Source: Lama guanicoe | Lineage: Eukaryota | Direction of reading: 5' to 3' | DNA length: 64,000 bases | Assembly: GCA_013239625.1 (NCBI GenBank) | Contig: MU053933.1 | Span: forward strand, 3,091,817-3,155,816 | In this document: piece by piece, positions 11,640 through 21,035 of the stretch | Numbering within the stretch: the first letter of the stretch is position 1 | How the letters are laid out: each line of letters starts with the position of its first letter | Made by a program: the position numbers and the translations under genes | Notes under the pieces: model-generated | The model's input: only the letters and a program-made list of their open reading frames with translations | Told to the model about the DNA's origin: nothing | The model's database searches: none

Positions 11640-13800
11640 GGCGTGGTTCCAGTTGGGGGCTGTCATAAATACAGCTGCAGCGGGAATTTAAACGCAGAGC
11701 TCTATTTCTCTGGAGCAAATGCACAACAGCGCGATGGCTGGGCTGTATAGTAAGTGTACGTTTAGTTTTATAAGAAACGATTTTTTCCAGGGTGGCCGCG
11801 CCGTTTTACGTTTCTACCAGAAATGTGTGTGAGACCAGCTCCTGCGCACCCTGGCCGGCATTGGGTGCTAGCCCTGCTGGTTAAGCTGTGCTGGTGCGTG
11901 TGAGCGACAGCCCTCGTGGGCTGGCCTTGCATCTGCGCGGTGGCTGACGGCGTTGAGCGCCTTGCCACGTGCTTGCTTGCTGCCCCTGTATTAATTTGGG
12001 GAAATAGGCATTCATGTCTTTTGCTCATTTTCTAAATGTTCACTGTTGAGTTTTGAGTATCCTTAATGTAGGCTGCGTACTAGTCTTGTAGGATGTGTGG
12101 TTTGCAAATATTCTCCCCGAGTCTGCAGCTTGTCTTTTCATTCTCTTACCAGGGTGTGCGGCACAGCAAAAGGTTCTAATTTTGATCAAGTCCAGTTTAT
12201 CAGTTTTTTCTTTCATGGATCATGCTTTCTGTGTCAAGTCTAAGAACTCTTTGCCTAGCCCAGATCCTAGAGATTTCCTATTTTCTTTCCTAAAAATTTT
12301 GTAGTTTCTTGCTCATTTTACCTGTCACCCATTTTGAGTTAGTGTTTGTGGAAGGCGTGAGACTGAGGGCCAGGGGCCTGTGTCCCAGCGCCTTGCATCG
12401 GGGGACCACGCCTTCTGCCCGGACCTGCTTTCCACCTGTCAGAGCCGAGCCGCCCCTGGTGGGTCCACTTCTGGGTTCTCTGTTCTAGTCCGCTGACCTC
12501 CGGGTCCCTCCCGATGCCAGCACCACACTCTCTTGAATCCTGTAGCTGTAAAGTGAGCCTTGTTCCAGACCGAGGGGGTCTTCCTGCTTTATCCTTCTCT
12601 TTCCATGTAAATTCTGGAATGAGTTTATGTCTACAGACCGTGCTGGGACTTTGGTAGGAACTGCATTGAGCTTGCAGTTGGATTTGGAGAGAAATGATGT
12701 CTTCACTGTGTTGAGTCTTCCAATGGCTGTCATGTTCCTCCATTTATTTGGGTTTCTTTGATTTATTTCATCAGCATTTTGCAGTTTTCAGCATATGGAT
12801 CCTTCGTAAGTTTTGCTAAGTGTGGACCTGAGCATTTCATTTTATTTTGAGTGATTCTAAATGATACTCGTTTTAAATTTTGGTTTGTGTGTGCTCACCG
12901 TTAGTACATAGAAATGCAGTTAACTTTGTGTGTTTTGCAGCCTGCACCCTTCTGGACACATGTGCTAGTTCTAGGAGTTTTGTTTTGCTTTATAGATTCC
13001 TCGAGGTTTTCCTGGTGGAAAATCAGATCATCTGCAGATAGAGATCTGTCTGCTTCTGATTTTCTTCTTGCCGAGTGCAGTGGCTGGAACTCGAGTGGCG
13101 TGCTGAGTAAGAGCAGTGGCTGTGGATGGCGGCGGGGGACAGCTGTGCCCGCCCAGTCTTAGGGGCGGCATCCTGCCTGCCACCATCACGTGTGACGTTC
13201 CCTGGAGGGTTTTTGTAGATGCTGCCTAGTAAGTCGCAATCATTTGCCTCTATTCTTAACTTGCTGGTATTTTTTTTTATCATGAATTAAATGTTGAATT
13301 TTGTCAAATGCTTTTTAACACATCAGATTGTATAATTGTGTGGTTTTAATGCTTTGGCTTGTGGACATGGTAGATTGTATTGACTGATTTTTCTCACTGT
13401 GGAGGCAGCCTTATATATCTGGTAAATCCTGCTTGTCCATGGTGTATAATTCTTTTATGCATTGCTGGATTCATTTGCTAATTAGAAAAAAATTTTGGTC
13501 TACTTGTGTTGATGTTCATAGAGAAATTAGTCTATGTTTTTCTTTTTCTCTACTGTCTGATCTCTGGTTTTGGTATCAGGGCACTAGCAGCCTCACGAAG
13601 TGAGCTGGGAAATTTGTTTTCTATAAAAGAGTATCTAAAGCTTATGTTCATTCCTTTTTTAAATGTTTGGTAAATCCTCCAGGGAAACCATTTGGGCCTG
13701 GAGATTTCTTTTTTCTGGAGCTTTTTAGTACAAGTTTCTGTGTGTCTAGTGGCTATAGTCATACTGAGACTGTCTATTTCATTTGACTGATTTTCGGCAA
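11640..13800 (-). mobile_element. Old L1 ORF2 and 3' region, degraded
   Basis: Peptides IGRLNTVKTSFLSKSNCKLNAVPTKVP (cf. [27 protein letters not shown]), KLRIEAN..NPPGNV and RIYQTFKK. Top strand is T-rich. Confidence 0.85.
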
Positions 13801-14423
13801 TTTGTTGGTGGTTCTTCAGTTGTCCTCTTTCCTGGCAGCGGTTTTTAAAGATTTGCTTTAAGCATGTTCACAAATGCCCACTGCAGCGTTTTGTGACGGC
13901 TGCTTCAAAGCCCCTGTCAGAGGCGTCTAATATCTCTGTCATCTCAGTGCTAGCATTGCTTGATTTTCTTTTCCTTTTTGTGTTGAGATGTTCCTAGTTT
14001 TCGGTATGGCAAGTGATTTTTGTTTGTAACCTGGAAATTGTGGTCACTGTGTTACCATATTCTGAATCTTATAAAAATCCCCTGTCTTAGCAGGTCTCTG
14101 CTGACACCCTTGGGGAGGGCGCCTCGGTCACAGCGGCGGGGTGGCTGTCCTGGCCCTCCCCCGGCCTCCCTGGTACCTTGGACAGAGGGAGGAGTGCCTT
14201 GTCACTGCTGAGTGGGAGCCTGCTCTGAGAGAGGCACTAGTGAGTGTGTGTGTCCTGTGTGTGTGTCCTGCCAGCTTCACCTGGAGGAGGGCAGAGTTGT
14301 CAGAAAGATTCCTGGCTTCCTAGGTTTCCTGGTCCCAGACCTTTGCCGAGAAAGAGAGGGAGAGAGAGAGGTGACTTTTCTTGAGAAAAGCCCATGTTCT
14401 TTGGCATTTTTCCTGTGTTCTTT

Positions 14424-14947
14424 TGTTACTGAGTCCAAACTCATTCTGCTCGCCACACGACAGGCCAATAAATCGGGAGACGAGGTGCTGGGGCCAGGAA
14501 CAGTGACTTTATTCAGAAAGCCGGCAGACCAACAGGATGGGGGACTCATGTCCTGGAGAACCATCCTCCCCAGGTCAGAATTCAGGCTCCTTTTATACTA
14601 AAAAGGGGAGGAGGTGTGCTCAGTGGCTGCAAACTTCTTGGTGTAGGAATTTTTTGTTCTTGAACCCTTTATTCTTGCAGCCGTCCACGAGGGTCAGGGC
14701 GTGGTGTCCCCGTGAGTCTCCAACAAAGCCACCTTTCTGTTCTGCAGCTTGTCTTTAAATGGATGAAAAAGCGTTAATATCCTTAAGGGTCAGGGGCTGG
14801 ATAGCGGGCTCCTGTGTGTCCCAGGCGCTGGGCAGCACTCTCTTACAGAAGGTGCAGCCGGCACGACCAAGCCCAGGAAGCAGGGCGCAGGGGTAAAGCC
14901 AAGGGGCCGGGTCCAGCACGGAGCCAGATTTGCTCTTTTCTATGACA
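14424..14947 (-). mobile_element. Solo ERV-type LTR (about 520 bp), antisense
   Basis: TG...CA termini (tgttactg...tatgaca). The minus strand carries a TATAAAAG box (cttttata near 14590) followed by AATAAA (tttatt near 14507). No clear TSD. Confidence 0.65.
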
Positions 14948-16089
14948 CGTCGGCATTTTCAGTTGCAGGCTTCTCCAGTGACCAGTTTGGAATAAATAGG
15001 AGGGAAACACAAAAACCCACAATGGGGACCTCACTGCTGCGTCAGCCTTCACGCCTGAGCCCGTGCAGGCCGCCGGCTGTCCGCCGTCCCAGGTTTTCTT
15101 ACGTGCGTCTCCTGGTTAACCCGGGTTTTAGCTGTGCTCAGCAGGAGCGCAGGGAGAGGCACGCCTGCTGCTTCCCGTCCCGACCCAGAAGCCCTGGGCT
15201 TCCTGTCAGTTGCTCGAGCCTCCTGTCCCGTCCTGACTGTTCTTGGTCAGTGTCATCAGAGGGTGTGTATTTTGGGGCCCTTTTTGAAGAACCAGATTTT
15301 GTACTTGTTTCTCTTCACAGCTGGCTTCTGTCATAACTTCTGAGCTGCTCCTTATTAACGATACCACCTTCCCGTCTGCTGTGGGTGCTTCCTGTCGTTT
15401 TCCTACCTTCTCAAATCGGATTTTCTATTCGCTAATGTTCTGGCCTTCTTTGCTCCTGCTCTAGGCGTTTAAAAGCTGTGAGTTCTCCCGCGAGCTCCCC
15501 CGCAGCTGAGGGCTGCGCGTTTTGCCATGCGGTACCTTTGGTGGTGTTGAGGTCCAGTGATTTCCTGAGTTCATTATGTTCTTCCCCTCCATTTCTTATT
15601 TAGAGGCATTTAAAAAGCGTTATGTCCAGGAGAATTATAAAGTCATCTTTCGCTGCTGATTTCTAATTTAATTGCCTCGTGGGTGGAAAGCATGGTCTGT
15701 TGATTCCATGTCTTCAAAATTTGTGGAAATTTGCATTACGAGCTAGAACATTGTCAATTTGGGTTTCGTTCTCTGAGAGCCTTAGGAGAATGTCAGGTGT
15801 GGGTTTGTGCACACACGCACGCACACACACACGGGTCATCTCCCTCTGCTTTCACTGTCCTGGTGTGAACTGTGACAGGAGGTGGGATGACCCCGCCAGA
15901 TGGGCGCTGTTGGTCTGGCCCGGGCCTCGCTCCTCAGATTAACCCATGGCGGGCTCTGCGGGCGCCGAGGCCCCCCTTGACTGTGCACAAACCCTCCCTT
16001 CGCCGGATTATCGCAGCATCTCCTGAACTCTTCCTGGCTTCTCACGTTCAGCCTGGACTCCGCGCCCCCAGCCAGACTAACTGCTGGCG

Positions 16090-16700
16090 GTAAAACGTCA
16101 TGATTTATCCAAACCCCCTCACAGCCCTGCCTTCCGCAGACTTCCTTCTTAAAGTGGCCTGCAGGCACCCCCCACCCCCGCCAGCGGAGCGGGGACAGCC
16201 CACTGCTGCCACTACCGCTGCCGCGAGTCTCCAGCCTCCGGGTGCAGCCCGGCCTGCAGGCCCCGGGCCTCGCTGGGAGCCACTCCGCTCTCGCGCACCT
16301 GCGCGTGTCCGCCCATCTAAGCGCATGCGGGGCACGTGTGCGGGGCTCAGAGCGCGCTGGGCTGCTTTGGTCCAGACCAGGACCGGGACCGGGACCGGGC
16401 AGAGGGGATGCTCCTGCTTTGGGCGCCGTCCTTTGAAACGGATTCGTGGTGGCGGCCTGTTCAGCAGGGCGCCGAGAACCACTGCTCCTGCTGTGACTAA
16501 GCGGGTCGTGCTGCCGCGGAGGCCGGAGAGCGAGAGCGGGGAAGGGGATTGTGGGCCACATGCTGTCTCCTCTGCGGCCTCGCTTCCTAACATGGGAGGA
16601 GTTTTGAAAAGAGAACGCAGAGCCTTTCCTCCCGAGACGGCCCCTCACTCCCGTCTCACCCCGCGGGGCTGTCGGTGACGTTGGGAGAAGTGGCTCCTTG
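16090..16700. promoter_or_regulatory. CpG-island-like element, candidate internal promoter
   Basis: CpG-dense unique sequence with NRF1-type GCGCATGCG (16321-16329), E-box CACGTG (16333-16338), tctcgcgc (16289-16296) and a (GACCGG)n run. About 3.9 kb upstream of the MGE exon. Confidence 0.45.
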
Positions 16701-17479
16701 CACTGAGTCTGTGTGGCACACCCCCTGCCGGGCTTCTGGGCCCCTGGTGCGTCCTACCAAATTTAGTGACACAGGGCTATGTACGTAGTTAACTGATTTC
16801 CTTCACGTGTTTCTGAAATGATGTAAATTTCAAATAGAATGTTCTTCGGTTAGCTAATTTCTGGTTTCTTGCGTTGTCATCAGAAACTGCAGTCTGCACT
16901 ATTTCTAGTTTATGTGACTTACCAAGAGAGGTGGTCCTGTCTTCGGGGAGAGCCTCTGGGGAGAAGGGGCGCGAGGTCTCAGGCTCCTGCTGTTTCCCTC
17001 CGCGCAGGGCTCCTGTGTTAATGCTGGCGTTTCAGGTCCTAAGTGTCTCCCTCTTCTGAGACGGAGCCTCCGGTTGGCCATGGTGCCGGGCACTGGGGCC
17101 CTAACGCTCCCTCACAGACAGTGTGAGCTGTTGCTCCTGTTTTCACCCCCACCTGCGCAGCCACCTGGGCCCCAGGCTCTGCTCCTTCTAGCATTGCCTC
17201 CCCCCGCCCCTCCCCGGTGGCTCCGCCTGGCAGAGGCTTCAGCTTCTGTGTCTCTGCTGCTTGCTCGCTGCGTGTTCATCCACGTCCCAGGCCCTCGTCT
17301 CGTGTTGACAACGCTTGTTGGTTGTCCTCTCTGCTCAGTGCTTGTGGGTTTGTGCCGTTTTACGTTGTGTGTCACTTTGGTGCCGTTTCTGTAAGGGTGG
17401 AGTAAACGTGCGCTAATTCTGTGATGCTTAATAGAGATTTCTTCCGTTCCTTTTCCAAACTTTTGAGTATTCACCACCT

Positions 17480-17720
17480 TTGTTTTGTTTTAATTGAAGT
17501 ATAGTTGATTTACAATGTTGTGTTGGGTTCGAGTGTACAGCAAGCTGATTCAATTGTATGTGTGCACACAGATATATTCTTTTTCAGACTCTTTTCCATT
17601 TAGGTTATTACAAGATGCTGAACACAGTTCCGTGTGCTGCACAGTAGGGCCTTGTTGTTCAGCTGTTTCGTGTATAGCGGTGTGTGTCTTTTGATCCCAA
17701 CTCCCAATTTATCCCCCACC
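17480..17720 (-). mobile_element. Cetartiodactyl-type L1 3' UTR end
   Basis: ttttaattgaagtatagttgatttacaatgttgtgtt...ttttcagactcttttccattt aggttattacaagat... is the familiar artiodactyl L1 3' terminus in antisense. Confidence 0.8.
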
Positions 17721-17724
17721 ATTA

Positions 17725-19200
17725 CCTTTTTTTTAATTGAGTATAGTATAAATTTCACACTTTAAAAGTGCACATTTTCGTAGTTTTTAGCTACACAGCA
17801 AACAAGGTGTGCAACCACCAGCACGATCTAATTACAGAACACTTTCGTCACCCCTGAAGGACCCACGCCCGTGATCAGTCACTTCCGTTCCCTCTCTCCT
17901 TAGCCCTGGGGACACTGGTCCACTTTCTGTCCCGGCAGGTTTGCCTGTTCTGCACATTTAGTACCCGTGGGATCACACGTCTGTGACCTTCTGTGTCGGG
18001 CTTTTTCCAGGTCCATCCGTGTCGCAGCCGCGTCAGCGCCTCCTCCCTTTGGTGGTGAGTAACATCCCGATATAAGGGTCCCCCACACGAGGTTCGTCCA
18101 TTCGTCCTCGGGAGGCGGACGCTGGGTTGTGCCACTTTCTGGCCGCCGTGGGCGGTGCTGCTGGGAGCTCCCCGTCGAGTGCCGGGGCGGACAGGCGTCT
18201 TCAGTTCTCCTGGCCTGGGCCTGCGCGGGGGCTGGGCCACGGGGCAGCCCTGGGTTAACTTGGGAGCAGCTGCAGGCCGTCAGTGGCTGTCCCTCTTCCC
18301 GTCCCCCCAGCAGCGTCTGAAGAGTCCAGTTCTCCGTGTCCTTGCTGGCGTTTGTTGTTGTCTGTTGCTCCTTGCTGTTACTGTCGTAAGTGTTGTCACT
18401 CCTGTCGCCATCCTGCGTGGGTGTGACGTTGGGTCTCAGTGTGGTTTTGATTTCATTTCTCTTTTTCCCTCTCTTTTTTTTTCTTTTTAACGCACAGTAT
18501 TTTACCTTTGTTTTGTTTTTCCTTTGAGGGGGAGGTAACCAGGTTTTCTTTTTATTTATTGCATTTTTTTTAATGGGGGCACTGGGGGTTGACCCAGGAC
18601 CTCGTGCGCCCTGCACGCGCTCTGCCCGAGCCCCTCCTCCCGCCCCGCGCTCCCTGACGCCGCTGGCGCTGAGCTGCTCTCCTGTGCGTCGGGCGTTTCT
18701 GCGCTTGCCTGAGAGAAGGACGTGCTCGAGTCCTTCGCATGCGTTTTCAGTCGTTCTTGAGCTGCTGAGTTGCAGAAGTTCTGCGTGCGGTGGTCTGACA
18801 CTAGTCCCTTCTCAGGTACTTGGTTTGCAGGCACTTTCCTCCGTTACGTGCATTGTACGTGGCTTTCTTGTTTGTGTCTTTCGCTGCACAAAAATTCCTC
18901 ACTTTCATAAGTCCAGTTTGTCTGTGTTTCTGTCGTTGCCTGTGCTTTTTGGACTCATTTCCATGAAACCGTTGCCAAGTCCAACGTGATGAAGATTTTT
19001 TTCAGTATTTAGTTTTAGCTCTTGGGTGTAGGTCTTTGATCTGTTCAAAGTTAAGTTTTGTATGTGGTGTAAACTGAGGCTTACGTTCGTTCTCCGGTGT
19101 GTGGATATCAGTTTCCCCAGCACCACACGTTGCAATGACTGTTCTTTTCTTGTTGGCTTGTCTTGGCACCCTTGCCGAAATCTCTCCCGTGGCTTTCTGA
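17725..19200 (-). mobile_element. Older L1M 3' end and ORF2 C-terminus, antisense, strongly GC-shifted in part
   Basis: ttttaaaagtgcaca...caaccacca..., tcagtgtggttttgattt, and peptide VLGKLISTHRRTNVSLSLHHIQNL..NLHHVGLGNGF. Confidence 0.8.
18480..18650 (-). mobile_element. tRNA-derived SINE (camelid-like), GC-shifted
   Basis: T-rich tail, ggggaggtaaccaggttt..., then actgggggttgacccaggacctcgtgc...cacgcgctctgcccgagc (antisense tRNA-like B and A boxes). Confidence 0.7.
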
Positions 19201-20232
19201 TGAGCACCCCCTCTCTGGTCCTCTGATGCGCCGTAACACGCTGAGCCTGGTCCTTCCCAGCTGTGCCTTCCCAGCTGAGACACCGTGTGCCCCCGTGAGG
19301 GGGAGGCTTGTACTCAGTGCCGTCCCTCATGGCGTTTCCTTTCGTGTTGTATTTTCTCATTTATATCATTTTGAGCCTCACACACTACATGGGCAAGATA
19401 TGTCAGTTTGAAATTGACTCAGTCAGGGATGTTATTTATTGCCTAAAGTGGTTACCTGGCTGACACAGAGGAGGACAGAGACATTTAGCACGGGCTTCTA
19501 ATTATTTTTGGTGCTACAGCCTCGCGGTTCCAAATGTCAGATGCTTTGTAAAGAAGCCTGGAAAGACGTCCACAACCATGAGGTGCAGAGGGCGTAAGCA
19601 TGCACCGAAGAGCAGACTTAAAACGCAGCAAAGAGGGGAATGTTATGGAAATAAATTCTTGTCCCTGGGGATTAAATTTCCTGTTTGGGCAATAAATGTG
19701 AGTTTAGAAAGTGAAATGTCAGGAAACTTGGACCGAGGTGAAAATGGCGCATTCTGGGAAGAGATGACGGGGACAGATTGTACGTGAAATGGAAGGGTCT
19801 GAATGACACGGTTAGACTAGCTGTGAAGGAGGGAAGCCGGCAGTGTGTTTAAGTTAATGTGTGATTTCATAAATGTTATTTGTAAATCAGTGTATGTACA
19901 TAGATAAACTACCAAATATTGTAAGTAGAAAGTTGACTGTTTCTCTTAGATTCTCAAAAGTGTTTACAGCTTTAACAAAAAACTTCTCTTGGACTTCTCA
20001 TCTTTGAAATGGGCGGCGCCTCCGTGTTTGCAGGGCGGCCTCCTCGGGCAGGCGCAGGGCAGCATCCGGGGAGAAGCTCCGTCTGGCCTCCGGCCCCACC
20101 CCCTGCACCCCGCACCCGCGTGTGTAAGGAGCACGGCTGCTCTGCATGCGGGGCGGCAGTTCTGTCGAAGCCCACCCCCGCCAGGTGAGGTCGCAGCCTG
20201 GAAGCTCACGTCCCCCGTGTTTTGTGTCTTAG

Positions 20233-20338
20233 GTGAGCGGGCTCCTCCAAGCCACCAGCTCCGGTTGGGATGCTCTGACTTACGACACACCCGAACACAT
20301 GCCGTCCAGGGACCTGCTCTGACTCGGAGAGCCTGCTT
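20233..20338 (+). other. PCBP3: PCBP3 5' UTR portion of the exon carrying the upstream ATG (MGE)
   Basis: Pyrimidine-rich acceptor tttgtgtcttAG ends at 20232. The exon would run to the strong donor G|GTGAGT after 20348. The acceptor choice is inferred. Confidence 0.6.
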
Positions 20339-20348
20339 ATGGGGGAAG
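20339..20348 (+). CDS. PCBP3: PCBP3 first coding segment (M-G-E-G/, phase 1)
   Basis: ATG GGG GAA G|gtgagt joins in phase with 42221 (GT GAC...) to give MGEGD..., the N-terminus of the long PCBP3 isoform as I recall it. Confidence 0.85.
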
Positions 20349-20898
20349 GTGAGTCCTGTGACCTGTCTTGTTTGCATGTGTGTTTTCCAAGAATGTGTGT
20401 GACGGAGGCAAGCTCGCCCTTGAAAGTGGAAGCTGTTCCAAGCGGCACGACACCGAGTGTTACCCTCTGCTCCATGATGTGCTGTCAGCTGGGAGCGGCG
20501 CTGGGGAGAGAAGACAGACCCTCGAGAGGGAGACCGTAGCAAGAAAAGGAAGCCGAGACGAGGCCTTGGTGCTGCGGGAGCGTCGTTCCCAGGCGGCTCT
20601 TGAAAGTCACCTGTAGTCGAGTTAGAGTTTGAAGAAGCAGGTCCAAACTGGGGCAGAAATGTTTCTCCGTGGCTTTTTCCCTTGAACTTTGAGGAACATG
20701 GATGCCTTAGAATTGTGTCCCCCTAAGTGATCCCCAGCGTTAGCCCCCGAGGGCCTCATCCCACCATTTTGTAAAGAAGCCGGGTGTGGGGTCTGAAGAG
20801 CTGGGCCTGTCGTTCTGTAAGTGAGGACCAGCCCCGCGCAGGGCCCCGAGCTAACTCTGCTGGCTAGCCTGGCCCTGCTGGCTGGCCTGCCACATGGG

Positions 20899-21035
20899 TG
20901 TGGGTGCAGGAGCCTGTGTGCATGTGTGCAGGAGGGTGTGCGCACGTGTGTGCAGGAGGGTGTGTGCATATGTGCAGGAGGGTGCGCGCATGTGTGTGCA
21001 GGAGGGTGTGTGCACGTGTGTGCAGGAGGGTGTGT
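20899..21035. repeat. Minisatellite, about 22-24-nt unit (GTGTGCAGGAGGGTGTGTGCAC), about 5-6 copies
   Basis: Repeated tgtgcaggagggtg blocks are directly visible. Confidence 0.9.

Noticed and set aside
16100..16678. 192-aa ORF over the CpG-rich element, and the 270-aa antisense ORF
   Set aside because: Open frames on both strands are typical of CpG islands, and no protein is recognisable.
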